This document shows positions 11,881-24,420 of a stretch of 64,000 nucleotides of DNA, piece by piece. Origin of the DNA: Heterodontus francisci (Eukaryota); the NCBI RefSeq assembly GCF_036365525.1, contig NC_090404.1, forward strand, positions 9,920,001 to 9,984,000, written 5' to 3'. The notes under the pieces were generated by a model. That model saw only the letters and a list, made by a program, of their open reading frames with translations. It was not told the origin of the DNA and did not search any database. Within the stretch, counting starts at the first letter, position 1. Each line of letters begins with the position of its first letter. The position numbers were made by a program, and so were the translations under genes.

Positions 11881-12249
11881 AGAATATAAGAACAGGGAGG
11901 TTACGCTGGAACTGCATAAATCGTTAGATTGGCGACAACTTGAGTACTGTGTGCCGTCTGGTCACCTCATTCCAGTAATTGCCCTGGAAAGGTTACAGAG
12001 GAGATTTATGAGGATGTTGACAGGACTGGATAGGCTGGGGTTGTTATCCTAGGAACAGAGGAGGCTGAGGGGAGGTTTGATTGAGATGTACAAAATTGTG
12101 AGAGGCCTCCGCAAGTAAAATGGGCCAAATGGCCTCTTTCTCAGTCGTAAACCTTCTATGTATCTATGATTCTAAGTACAGCCTTGGTGGAACAGGCTCG
12201 AGGGGCAGAATGGCCTGATCCTGCTCCTGATTCATATGTTCACATTTGT

Positions 12250-12545
12250 GAGAAACTGAATAGAGCTCCATTTACAATGTCCCAGCTCCCTCTACACTGT
12301 CTCAGAAAATACCTTCAGGACATGTTCAGCACGGGTTTGATACAGATTAAATCTCCCTCTATACTGTCCCATCAAACACCCCCAGAGCAGGTACAGCACG
12401 GGCTGGATAGAGAGTAAGTCTCCCTCTACAATAGCCCATTAAACACTCCCAGAGCAGGTACAACACGGGTGAGATACAAAGAAAATCTCCCTCTGCAGTA
12501 GCCCATCAAACACTCCCAGAGCAGGCACAGCACGGGATCATATAC
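12250..12545 (+). repeat. ~65-bp minisatellite (same family as 6350-6642)
   Basis: 4-5 units of cccatcaaacactcccagagcaggtacagcacggg. Confidence 0.85.
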
Positions 12546-12758
12546 AGAAAAGCCCTTGGATCGGGCCTTTTATGGGTGAAATGGTGAAAAAAGCAGAAGT
12601 ATTTTCAAGAAAACTGCAAATATTATTTTATTATATTAAGATAATGCCTCCGATTATGTACTTTCCTCATTTTAATTACTTTGTCGTTGATTTTACTTGT
12701 ATCGCACTCGTTTCTGGAACCCGTGAGCTGGTCCTCTCCTCAAACCCCATGTCCAGTG

Positions 12759-12797
12759 AGTAACCGTACAAGCTCCTCATTTCTTTGTTTCACTATG
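12759..12797 (-). other. Degenerate 23-RSS of the TCR-like V pseudogene
   Basis: CATAGTG (12797-12791), exactly 23 nt, then ACGGTTACT (12767-12759), directly after ..YSAER. Confidence 0.72.
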
Positions 12798-13079
12798 TCT
12801 CTCTGCACTGTAAAACACCGCCGTGTCTGATAGCAGAGCCGTGTTAACTGTGAGATGTTTGGAGACATTTTCACTGTCCACAGAAATGTTAGACCTTCCT
12901 TCAATTCTCTCATCTTTGAACATGGAGACGAGATACTGGGGAGCTTGTTTGGAGAACTGCCTGTACCGGAATACAAGATCACTTCTAGCGAAAGTAACAT
13001 TGGTGATGACACAAAATGGTTTACCCTCCAGTTCCTTGTTGCACAGATATCTGGAATGTCTCTGAATGACAAGGAACGG
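12798..13079 (-). pseudogene. TCR Valpha/delta-like V exon pseudogene
   Basis: tttggcag| acceptor. Phase-1 frame VPCHSETFQISVQQGTGG*TILCHH, then a frameshift to SDLVFRYRQFSKQAPQYLVSMFK..GRSNISVDSENVSKHLTVNTALLSDTAVFYSAER. Conserved Trp reads CGG and second Cys reads AGT, each one base from consensus. Confidence 0.8.
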
Positions 13080-13138
13080 CTGCCAAAGCAAGCATAATAA
13101 TTTACATTATGATATATGGAACGATAATTAAATACTAA

Positions 13139-13359
13139 ACACAGTTCAACCTGGTCCGCTTCCCGAGGCATCACCTGCTCAGGGTGTGAGCTCTGATCCT
13201 GACACTGAATGGCTGTGAAGAAAAACAAAATCACTCAACAACCACAAGGTACTAAGTGTTTGGTGAAACAGGGTGTCTGGTCAGATTAATAAACTCACGC
13301 AACATCAACAGCACGAGAACTCCAACTGGAACCAGGTTTTTGCGGAAGTTTCTGTTCAT
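13139..13359 (-). pseudogene. Leader exon (13359-13299) plus truncated V FR1 exon (13212-~13139) of a second TCR-like V
   Basis: MNRNFRKNLVPVGVLVLLML+C|gtgagt (61 nt, phase 1); 86-nt intron ending ttttcttcacag|; then (P)IQCQDQSSHPEQVMPREADQVEL. GC box (13503) and CCAAT (13515) lie upstream. Confidence 0.7.
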
Positions 13360-14254
13360 GACGGTGAAGATGGACAAAAGGCGGATCAATCAGGGTCTGA
13401 TTATCCAGACTGGGTCTTGCTGCCGAGTCCCAGACTCTCAATGGTGAGGAGAGGGAGGAAAGGGGAGAGTTTTACATTCTCCTCGTACAGGGTGAGATTG
13501 ATGGGCGGCATTCACCAATCGGACTATTATGGGATGCCATTCGCTAAGCCTCTCAAGGATTGGCTGTTTCTCAAGACAAAAACTCCTGAACCGTTACTGG
13601 GACGGAATCTCTCTTCTTGCTTTGAGTAGTGACAAATTTCATGGTTCAGGAAGATTTGATCTCGATTTATTTCGATGCCAAATGTTCAGAGCGGTCTGAA
13701 GTCATAGAATTTTACAACATTGTTCCAAATCTCATTCAATCTCAATCTTTCTCCTTACTTACTCCTTGAAAGGAATGATGACAACATATTTCCTTCCCTT
13801 GTTTGTTCACTTTATATTTAACGTGATGTCATTATGCTCTCTTGTCACGATGGATTTATTGTACAAAACAAACCGAAACGGGAGAAACACCTTGTGGATT
13901 TTTGTCTTTCCCACCTTGAATGTTTAGTATCACCTGGCTGGAGCGCAGAAAGAACAATCTGGGGGGAGGATCGTAGGGCAGAAGCAGAACTTTAACCTGG
14001 ATACAGTCTTTCAGGATCACACTGAGAGAGACAAACGGCACTTGGGTCTCTCATTTCACTGACAGCAAAGTATTTAACGTTATGAAGAGCAATGGTGAAT
14101 GCTGTGATCAGTTCCTGACTGAAATTGAAACGGCAGGTTTAAATTTCCAATATAAGAATGGTTGTGAAGTATTCTGCAAAGATTTAACCTGTTAGTGTTG
14201 CAGTCCTGCGGTGTCCATTTTTAGGCAGATGTTAATTCATTTAATCAAAACTTG

Positions 14255-14880
14255 TGTTACTACCTAGGCGGGAGGAGTGCACTGTTAATTTAGTCCCACT
14301 TCTCCACAGATCACAACATAGATTAAAATTTTCCTCCTTACCGAAACTGTCAATCAGGTACTCTATTTCTCCCCGAATAAAGCACACAGATCAGGTTTCT
14401 TTAAGAAACAACAAAACTATCCATTTATTATAAACCAAGTCTTAACCAATAATGAAGTGAACATCTGCATGAATTGAAATATTAAAGCCCCTGATTTTAT
14501 CCTAGCCCTCACGCACACACACACATACACAACCGGTTAACTGGGGAAAAAAGGATTTTTGTTTACAATTGTTGCAAAGAAATAGAAGGAATAAAAGAAA
14601 CTTAGACTGAAAAGATGTTATAGAAGTCCTTTCTCTTGGCGAGGTGTCCCACAGGTAGATAGGCAACTGTCAAAGGGAATCTTCCCAGAACAGTTCTTTC
14701 CAGGCGATGTTGATGATACATTTCGATAGACTTTCAAAGAGATTCAGCACAGAAAGCTTCACATAGCTCTTACAACAGGTGTGCAGCAACAAAGGTTTCA
14801 ATTCTCACCCATTCGATGCTAAGTTCCTTCAAAGATGCAAGATTTCTGCAAATGTGCAAGATTTCTTCAAATACAGGAGC
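14255..14880 (-). mobile_element. Possible LTR fragment
   Basis: Ends ..GTAACA on the minus strand with AATAAA ~170 nt inside; no internal genes or partner LTR seen. Confidence 0.25.
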
Positions 14881-14883
14881 TAA

Positions 14884-16045
14884 CATAGAGTTAAATCCCA
14901 TTTTCCAGAACTTGGCCCACAGACATGTAGGTTATGGTGTTTCAAGTGCACATCTAAATACTTCTAAAATGTTATGAGTGCTCCTGCCTCTTCAGGCAGT
15001 GCGTTCCAGATCCCAACCACCCTCTGAATGAATTTTATTTTGCTCAAATCCCCTCCAAACTCCCTGCCCCTTTCCTTAAACCTATGCCCCCTGGCTATTG
15101 ACCCCTCTGCTAAGGGAAAATGTTTCTTCCTATCTAACTTATCAAGCCGCTCACAATTTTGTATACCTCAATCAGGTCACCCCTCAGCCTTCCCTGCTCT
15201 AAGGAAAACAACCCTAGCCTTTTCCGTCTCTCCTCATAGCTGAAATGCACCAGCCCAGGCAACATCCTGGTGAATCTCCCCTGCACCCACTCCAGTGGAT
15301 TCAAATCCTTCCTATAGTGTGGTGCCAAGAACTGTACGCAGTACTCCAGCTGTGGCCTAACTAGCGTTTTATACAGCTCCATCATAACCTCGCTGCTCTT
15401 ATATTCCATGCCTCGGTTAATTAGTATCCCATATGCCTTCCTAATCATCTTACCTACCTGTGCTGCCCACTTCAGTGATCTATGGACAAGTGCACCAAGG
15501 TCCCTCTGACCCTCTGCACTTCCTCGGGTCCTACTATCCATTGTATATTCCCTTGCCTTGTTAGTACTTCCAAAATGCGTCACCTCACACTTCTCAGGGT
15601 TAAATTCCATTTGCCACTGCTCTGCCCATCTTACCAGCCTATCTGTCATCTTCTAATCTAAGGCTTTCTTCCTCACTATTTATAATACCATCAATTTTCG
15701 TGTCATCTGCGAAATTACTGATCAAACCCCCTGTATTCACGTCTAAGTCATTAATGTACACTACAACCAGCAAGGGTCCCAGCACCTATCCCTGTCAATA
15801 TAGAGCTGCATTGTAGGGCCAGCAGCATCTTTTAATGATTGCCAATTAGTCCCACCGCAAACCTCCCCCCAAAGCCACCCCTTCCCCCCGCCCCCCAACA
15901 CCCCCACCCCCACCCCCGGCCTTTGCCCCGTATCGTGCAAACTCTTTCTTTTAAATATTTATCGAATTCCCTTTGGAAAGTAATTATTGAATCTTCTTTC
16001 ACCGTCCTTTCAGGCCGTGCATTCCAGATCACAGCAACTTGCTAA
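14884..16045 (-). mobile_element. CR1 3' fragments (14884-15795 and ~15830-16045)
   Basis: ORF 15134-15649 WAEQWQMEFNPEKC..RPQLEYCVQF; ORF 15832-16032 IWNARPE..FQREFDKYL. Confidence 0.88.
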
Positions 16046-16659
16046 GTGTTTCGCCGATTATTTGAAGTATTCGTCTTTTGTTAAATACATTTGTTCAGAA
16101 GATTTAAGTTGAAATTTAAATTGGGTTTGCTGGCGTGATGCTCTATTCACACATTGAAGGTGAGAGAGATGCTGTTTTGTGTTTTGTTATCCCGGTTGTG
16201 ACACTGATACCTTCCCCGGATCCCAAGGCTCGGAGACGCACTCTGAAAGGTATGGGGAGCTGAGAGACTTGTTCATGAGAGTAACTGAAGGTATGAGAAC
16301 TGAAATAATCTAGAGTTATAAAGGAGAAAAAGCCCCAAAATGGAGCAGTTGGTACCAGGACATCAATGTGTCTCCTCCTGTCCTGAAGAAATCAAGTACT
16401 AGACAAGTGTGTGCTTGAGACAAATCTGATTTATTTGGAAATTATCAAAATTAAACTCCAGCCCAGTTGTCGGGGTTATTAACATCAGCAGAAACAAACT
16501 CCATTTTCAGAATGAACATGGTTCAGTTCTGGAAGTGATTAACAGCAGAATCCAATCACTGCAACAACAACAACTTGCTTTTAGATAGCATCTTCAGCAT
16601 AATAAAACTTCCCACGATGCTTTACAAGAGCATTGTGAAAACAAAGTATGATACTAAGA

Positions 16660-17060
16660 ACGTCTAGTGCAATATAAACAGATACATGTTCTCGTGTAGT
16701 ATGAATAGATGCAGGGGCTAGTGTAACATAAAGAGACAGGGCCGAGTGTAATATGAACAGAAGCACAGCCGAGCGTAATATAAATAGAGACAGGGCCTTA
16801 TTGTAACAGAGACAGGGTCCAACTTAATATAAACAGAGATGGCCTGATGTAAAAAAAGAGAGACATGGTCTATTACAGTGCAGTTGAGATTAAGCCGAAT
16901 GTAACATGAGCAGAGACATGGATAGGACCCAATGTAATACAAATAGAGGCATTGTCTGGTGTTATCACTGAGGCATAACCTTGTGTAATACAAACAGAGA
17001 GAAGTTCTACATTTCTAATGATCACAATTCCGACTGTAATATAAACAGAGAAATGTCTCC
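16660..17060 (+). repeat. 27-bp minisatellite
   Basis: Consensus GTAATATAAACAGAGACAGGGTCTAGT. Confidence 0.8.
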
Positions 17061-17334
17061 AATAACAACAATAACAATCTGTATTTATAAACAGCCTTTA
17101 ACTGAATGAAATATCCCATCAGTAGGTATCAACAGTGATCTTGTTGATATATGAACGATGCAGAGGTTGATGTTGCTAAGCACATAAGTCACCGTCTGCA
17201 CTGTCAGAGTAGGGAAGACTATTGGTATCAATGTTAATAATACTCAGATTACTGCACACCTCATTGTTAAGAGACCAAGTATCTTTATAAATAATCTGAA
17301 GGTGAAATAATGGTTGAATTTATTTCAATCCGCA

Positions 17335-17840
17335 CTTCAGGGAGGATTTTAAGACCCTGGAGAGGCTGTAGAGGGACTTAATAGAATTGGACCAGGGATG
17401 AGGGACTTCAGTTCTGTGGAGAGATTAGAGAAGCTGGGATCTTATCACTTAGAACAGGGGGCTTAAAAGGGAGATTTAATTGATCTAATGGATTATGAAT
17501 GATTTTGATAATGTTGATAGTGAGATACTGTTTCCACGAGCAGGAATGTCGGTAACCAAAGGACACAGATTTAAGATAATTGGTAAATGAAGAAGGGGGA
17601 AGATGAGGAGATTTTATATTTATGCTGTGAGTTGTTATGAGCTGAAATGAATTACCTGAAAGGTCGGTGTAAACACATTCGATAGTAACCTTCAAAAGGG
17701 AATTGGATAATTACTTGAAAAGGTAAGATTCTCAGGACTTTGGAGAAAGACCAGGAAAGTGGAATTGATTGGATAGCTCTTTCAAACATCTGCCACGATA
17801 GGCCGGATGGCCTCCTTCTATGCTGTCAGATTCCATGATT
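17335..17840 (+). mobile_element. Old CR1 3' fragment
   Basis: Decayed ALERL..RLEKLG..KGHRFK motifs and CR1 tail. Confidence 0.7.
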
Positions 17841-17984
17841 CAACGAATTTCAATTGCATCAATCAACATTTTTGTAATTATAATCCGGAAGTTACTATTT
17901 GTGATATTAGTATACAGAAGTTTCACAGCAACGGTATTAACCAATGGAGATATAAAATGTCACCTGATCACCTTAACCATTTCA

Positions 17985-18340
17985 GTAGCAGCTTGGCTAA
18001 AGTAACTTGATTCTGATTTCAGAATCAGTAAATTGTGGATTCCACGTCAGCTTCAGAAACTGAATATATTAACCAGGCTTCCAATTGGTGCAATGCTGAA
18101 AGGGCAATATCTTTCCAGGGACAATTTGAAACAATAATCTCTCCCCCGCTCCTTTTCTGTTGAGGTGGACATTAAAGCTCCCATAGTTCCACACTGTGTC
18201 CTGGTCAACATTCCTCCCTTGAACCAAGATCAACAAAAATGCATTTACAGGAATTGTAACACTTTACTTTATTCCTGATGTATCTGTGCACAAATCGGCC
18301 ACGTTCATCTGGAATTAGTTACACTTTAACTCCTTTGGTA
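17985..18340 (+). mobile_element. Degenerate tRNA-derived SINE (family of 33012-33467); inverted copy at ~40380-40750
   Basis: gtggacattaaagctcccat..gtgtcctggtcaacatt..ctgtgcacaaat core shared with the other copies. Confidence 0.55.
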
Positions 18341-18641
18341 CCTTCCACAGAAGGTGATGAGCTGGTACATCACTGCAAGTTGTTTCTTGATACATTGCTG
18401 TCTGAAACAGTAACTGACATCGACATTTTCACAATGGGAGCAATGGCCATGTCTGGCCAGCGGATGGCAGTGAAAGACTAATTGTTGACATGAAACAGGC
18501 GCTGCCTCACCAGACTGGAGCCTCTCTGTATATTTTACACTCAGACCCTGTCTCTGTATATGTTGCACTTGGACCCTGTCTCTGCTGACATTACACTGGA
18601 CCCTGTCTCTGCTTATATTACTGCAGATGCTGTCGCTGTTT

Positions 18642-18972
18642 AGAGCGGCACAGTGGTGCAGTGGTTAGCACCGCAACTTCCCAACTCCAACGAACCGGGT
18701 TCAATTCTGGGTACTGCTTATGTGGAGTTTGCAAGTTCTCCCTGTGTCTGCGTGGGTTTTCTCCGGGTGCTCCGGTTTCCTCCCACATGCCAAAGACTTG
18801 CAGGCTGATAGGTAAGTTGCCTCTAGTGTAGGGAAAGTATAGGGACTGGTGGGGATGTGGTAGCAATATGGAATTAGTGCAGTATTAGTAGAAATGCGTG
18901 GTTGGTGGCCGGCACGGACTCGGTGGGCCGAAGGGCCTGCATATTTCAGTGCTGTATCTCTAAATAAATAAA
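18642..18972 (+). mobile_element. V-SINE (HE1-like), full length; partial minus-strand copy at ~32695-32892
   Basis: A box tggtgcagtgg, B box ggttcaattc, V domain gtggagtttgca..ggtgctccggtttcctccca, CR1-derived tail gggccgaagggcctg, (TAAA)n. Confidence 0.88.
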
Positions 18973-19106
18973 TATTACAGCGGACCCTCTCTCTACTTAT
19001 GTTAAACTAGACCCCATCGATGTTTATATTGCTTTGTACCCTATCTATTTTTACATTACACGAGACTCTGTCTCTGTTTATATTACACTGAACCCTGCCT
19101 CTGTTT

Positions 19107-22100
19107 ATAGAACATAGAACAGTACAGCACAGTACAGGCCCTTCGGCCCACGATGTTGTGCCGACCCTTTAACCTACCCTAAGGTCAAACTACCTACATA
19201 CCATTCATTCTACTATCATCCATGTACCTATCCAATAGTCGCTTAAATGTCCCTAATGTATCTGCTTCTACTACCACCGCTGGCAGTGCATTCCACGCAC
19301 CCACCACTCTCTGTGTAAAGAACCTACCTCTGACATCTCCCCGAAACCTTCCTCCAATCACCTTAAAATTATGCCCCCTGGTGATAGCCGTTTCCACCCT
19401 GGGAAAAAGTCTCCGACTATCCACTCTATCCATGCCTCATCATCTTGTACCCCTCTATCAAGTCACCTTCTTCGCTCCAATGAGAAAAGCCCTAGCTCCC
19501 TCAACCTTTCTTCGTAAGACATGCCCTCCAGTCCAGGCAGCATCCTGGTAAATCTCCTCTGCACCCTCTCTAAAGCTTCCACATCCTTCCTATAATGAGG
19601 CGACCAGAACTGAACACAATATTCCAAGTGTGGTCGAACCAGGGCCTTATAGAGCTGCAGCATAACCTCGTGGCTCTTAAACTCAGTCCCACTGTTCATG
19701 AAAGCCAACACACCATACGCCTTCTTAACAACGCTATCAACTTGGGTGGCAACTTTGAGCGATCTATGGACATGGACCCCAAGATCCCTGTGTTCCTCCA
19801 CACTACCAAGAATCCTGTCTTTAAGCCTGTATTCCACATTCAAATTCGACCTTCCAAAATGAATCACTTCACACTTTTCCAGGTTGTACTCCATCTGCCA
19901 TTTCTCAGCCCAGCTCTGCATCCTGTCAATGTCCCATTGCAACCTACAACAGCCTTCCTCACTATCCACAACTCCAGCAACCTTCGTGTCATCGGCAAAC
20001 CTGCTAACCCAGCCTTCCACTTCCTCATCCAAGTCATTTATAAAAATCACAAAGCGCAGAGGTCCCAGAACAGATCCTTGTGGAACACCACTGGTCACCG
20101 AGCTCCATGCTGAATACTTTCCATCTACTACCACCCTCTGACTTCTATGGGCCAGCCAATTTTGCATCCAGACAGCCAACTTTCCCTGTATCCCATGCCT
20201 CCTCACTTTCTGAATGAGCCTACCATGGGGAACCTTATCAAACGCCTTGCTAAAATCCATATACACCACATCCACTGCTCTTCCTTCATCAATGTGTTTT
20301 GTCACATCTTCAAAGAATTCAATAAGGCTTGTGAGGCATGACCTGCCCCTCACAAAGCCATGCTGACTGTCTCTAATCAAACCATGCTTTTCCAAGTAAT
20401 CATAAATCCTGTCTCTCAGAATCCGCTCCAATAATTTGCCCACTACCGACGTAAGACTGACTGGTCTATAATTCCCAGGGTTATCCATATTCCCTTTCTT
20501 GAACAAGGGAACAACATTTGCCACCCTCCAATCATCCGGTACTACTCCAGTGGACAGTGAAGACGCAAAGATCATCGCCAGCGGCGCAGCAATCTCCTCC
20601 CTCGCTTCCCGTAATATCCTTGGGTACATCCCGTCTGGTCCTGGGGACCTATCTGTCCTCATATAATTCAAAGTTTCCAGCACATCCTCCCTCTTAACCT
20701 CAACCTGTTCGAGCATTTCAGCCTGTTCCACGCTGTCCTCGCAAATGACCAGGTTCCTCTCACTAGTGAATACTGAAGCAAAGTATTCATTTAGGACCTC
20801 CCCTACCTCCTCCGACTCCAGGCACAGGTTCCCTCCACTATCCCTGATCGGCCCTACCCTCACTCTGGCCATCCTCTTGTTCATCACATAAGTGTAGAAC
20901 GCTTTGGGATTTTCCTTAATCCTCCCCGCCAAGACATTTTCATGTCTCCTTCTAACTCTCCTAAGTCCATTCTTCAGTTCCTTCCTGGCTACCTTGTAAC
21001 CCTCTAGAGCCCTGTCTGATCCTTGCTTCCTCAACCTTAAGTAAGCTTCCTTCTTCCTCTTTACTAGCTGTTCCACATCTCTTGTCATCCAAGGTTCCTT
21101 CACCCTACCATCCCTTCCCTGCCTCATCGGGACAAACCTATCCAGCAGTCGCAGCAAGTGCTCCCTAAACAACCTCCACATTTCTGTCGTGCATTTCCCT
21201 GAGAACATCTGTTCCCAATTTATGCTCCCCAGTTCCTGCCTAATAGCATTGTAATTCCCCCTCCCCCAATTAAATATTTTCCCATGCTGTCTGATCCTAT
21301 CCCTCTCCATGACTATAGTAAAGGTCAGGGAGTTGTGATCACTATCACTGAAATGCTGTCCCACCGATAGATCTGCCACCTGGCCTGGTTCGTTGCCAAG
21401 CACCAAGTCCAACATAGTCTCCCCTCTAGTCGGCCTATCTACATCTTGAGTCAGGAAACCGTCCTCGACACACCTGACAAAAACTGCTCCATCCAAACTA
21501 TTTGCACTAAGGAGGTTCCAATCAATAGTAGGGAAGTTGAAGTCACCCATGACAACAACCCTGTTACTTCTGCACCTTTCCAAAATCTGCCTCCCAATCT
21601 GTTCCTCCATGTCTCGGCTGCTATTGGGGGGTCTATAGAAATCTCCCAACAAAGTGACTGCTCCTTTCCTGTTTCTGACTTCCACCCATACTGACTCAGT
21701 GGACAAACCCTCCTCGACGACCTCCCTTTCTGCAGCTGTGATACTATCCCTGATTAACAATGCCACTCCCCCACCTCTTTTACCTCCCTCCCTATTCCTT
21801 TTGAAACATCTAAGCCCTGGAACATCCAACATCCATTCCTGCCCCTGTGATATCCACGTCTCCGTAATGGCCACAACAGCGTAGCTCCAAGTACTGATCC
21901 ATGCTCTAATTTCATCACCCTTATTGCTGACACTTTCTTGCGTTAAAATAGACACACTTCAACCCATCATACTGGCTGCAACTTTGCCCTGTCAACTGTC
22001 TAATCTTCCTCACAGACTCTCTACACTCTGCATCTGCCTGTTCAACAGCTACTCCATCCACTGATCCGTGGCTCCGGTTGCCATCCCCCTGCCAAACTAG

Positions 22101-22425
22101 TTTAAACCCTCCCGAAGAGCTCTAGCAAACTTCCCGCCCAGGATATTGGTGCCCCTCCAGTTCAGATGCAACCCGTCCTTCTTGTACAGGTCCCACCTTC
22201 CCCAGAAGGTACCCCAATGATCCACATATCTGAATCCCTCCTTCCTACACCAGTTCTGTAGCCACGTGTTCAGCTGCACTCGCTCCCTGTTTCTTGCCTC
22301 ACTAGCACGTGGCACCGGTAACAATCCTGAGATTACTACTCTGCTCGTCCTGCCTTTTAGCTTCCAACCTAACTCCCTATATTCGCTTTTCAGGTCCTCA
22401 TCCCTTTTCCTAGCTATGTCATTGT
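19107..22425 (-). mobile_element. CR1 LINE with nearly complete ORF2 (APE endonuclease + RT) and ORF1 esterase remnant
   Basis: ORF 19463-21955: [36 protein letters not shown]; frameshifted C-terminus 19194-19433. ORF 22097-22324 DGLHLN is SGNH-like. Confidence 0.96.
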
Positions 22426-22671
22426 AACTATGTCAATTATATTAAACTAGATATGCTTATATTATACTTAACCCTTTCTCCGTTTAGATGATACTGAACC
22501 CTGCCTCTGTTTATATTAAACTAGACCATGTTTCTAATTATGTTACTGCAGTTCATGTCTCTGTTGGTGTGACACTTGACGCTATCTCTGTTCAAATTAC
22601 ACTAGATCCTGCCTCTTTCTATATTTCACTGAACCCTGTCTCTGTTTATATTAAACTAGATCCCATCTCAT

Positions 22672-24420
22672 TGGAACATGGGGACATAAGGACAGAGGCA
22701 AAAGGGGCAGGCGTTGGTCATTCGGCCTATCGAGCCTGCTCTGCCATTCAACTAGTTCATGGCTAATCTTCCACCTTAATGCCATTTCCCCCGCTCTATC
22801 GCCATATTCCTGATATCTGAATATTGTTACCATTATTCAAGAAGGGCAGCAAGGATAGACCAGGTAATTACTGGCCGGCAAGTCTAACATCAGTGGTTGA
22901 GAAACTATTGGAAAAAATCCAGAGGGACAGGATTAATCTCTACTTGGAGAGGCAGGGAATAATCAGGGATAGTCAGCACGGCTTTGTCAGGGGGAGATTG
23001 TGTCTAACTAACTTGATTCAAATTTTCCAGGAGGTGACTAGATGTGTAGATGAGGGTAAAGCAGTTGATGTAGTCTACATGGACTTCAGTAAGGCTTTTG
23101 ATAAGATCCCGCATGGGAGATTGGTTAGGAAGGTAAGAGCCCATGGGATCCAGGGCAATTTGGCAAATTGGATTTAAAATTGGCTTGGTGGCAGGAAGCA
23201 GAGGGTAGTGGTCGAGGGTTGTTTTTGCGAGCAGAAGCCTGTGACCAGTGGTGTACCACAGGGATCGGTGCTGGGACTCTTGCTGTTTGCAGTGTACATT
23301 AATGATATAGAAATGAAAATAGGAAGTATGATAAGTAAGTTCGCAGATGGCACGTAAATTGCTAGTGTCCTAAATAGTGAGGAGGAAAGCCTTAGTTTAC
23401 AGGACGATATAGATGGGCTGGTGAGATGGGCGGAGCAGTGGCAAATGGAATTTAATCCTGAGAAGTGTGAGGTGATGCATTTTGGGATGACTAACAAGGC
23501 AATGGAATATACAATGCAGGTCGGACTCTCGGAAATACAGAAGGTCAGAGGGAGCTTGCTGTACTTGCCCATATATCTATGAAGGCAGCAGCACAGGTAG
23601 ATAAGATGGTTAGGAAGGCATCTGGGATATTTGCCTTCACTAACTGAGGCATAGAATATAAGAGCAGCGAGGTTATGATGGAGGTGTATAAAACGCTAGC
23701 TCGGCCACAGCTGGAGTACTGTGTACATTTCTTGGCACCACACCATAGTAGGATGTGAAGGCACTGGAGAGGGTGCAGAGGAGATTCATCAGGATGTTGC
23801 CTGGGCTGGAGCATTTCAGCTATGAAGAGAGACTGAAAAGGCTAGGGTTGTTTTCCTTCGAGCAGAGAAGACTGAGGGGGGACATGATTGTGGTATGCAA
23901 AATTATGAGGGGCATTGATAGGTTTTATAGAAAGAGACTTTTTGTCTTAGCGAAGAGGTCAATAACCAGGGGGCATAGATTTAAGGTAAGGAGCAGGAGG
24001 TTTAGAGGGGAGTTGAGGAAACAATTTTTCTCCCAGAGGGTGGTTGGAATCTGGAACGCACTGCCTGAAGATGTGGTAGAGGCAGGAACCCTGACAACAT
24101 TTAAGAAGTATTTAGATGAGCACTTGAAACGCCATAGCATACAAGGCTGTGGGCCAAGAGCTGGAAAATGGGACTAGAATAGTTAGGTGCTTGATGGCCT
24201 GCACAGACACGATGGGCCGAAGGGCCTGTTTCTGTGCTGTATGACTCTATGACTCTATCTTTAATATCGAGTAATCTATCAATCTCGGTCTTGAACTTCC
24301 CCAGTGACTGAGCCTCCGCAGCCCTCTGGAGTAGAAAATTCCAAAGATTCACCACCCTCTGAGTGAATCTCAGTCCTAAATCGACTGTCTTTTATTCTGA
24401 GACCGAAGACTCTGGTGCTC
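22672..24420 (-). mobile_element. Older CR1 3' end (22672-22819, 24259-24420) split by another CR1
   Basis: The minus-strand tail sequence is continuous across the insertion; VNLWNFL..FKTEIDRLL. Confidence 0.7.
22820..24258 (+). mobile_element. 5'-truncated CR1 (RT to 3' tail, with stops)
   Basis: PLFKKG..QHGF..DFSKAFDK; tail ctgtatgactctatgactct. Confidence 0.92.

Larger units (their letters stand above)
11270..12165 (+). mobile_element. CR1 3' fragment interrupted by a Penelope pLTR
   Basis: WAEKWQMEFN and CR1 tail; the CR1 sequence resumes at 11881. Confidence 0.8.

Noticed and set aside
13930-14015. Possible minus-strand exon (ctctcag|..ccag|gtgata) upstream of the V relic
   Set aside because: No recognisable product; splice-like motifs alone are insufficient.
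16172-16255. J-like segment: minus strand RLRALGSGEGISVTT+G (46 nt) next to CACTCTG; plus strand GGTTGTG with a T-rich upstream and a GT donor
   Set aside because: The minus reading has no nonamer at 12 or 23 and no GT donor. The plus reading has no F/W-G-x-G.
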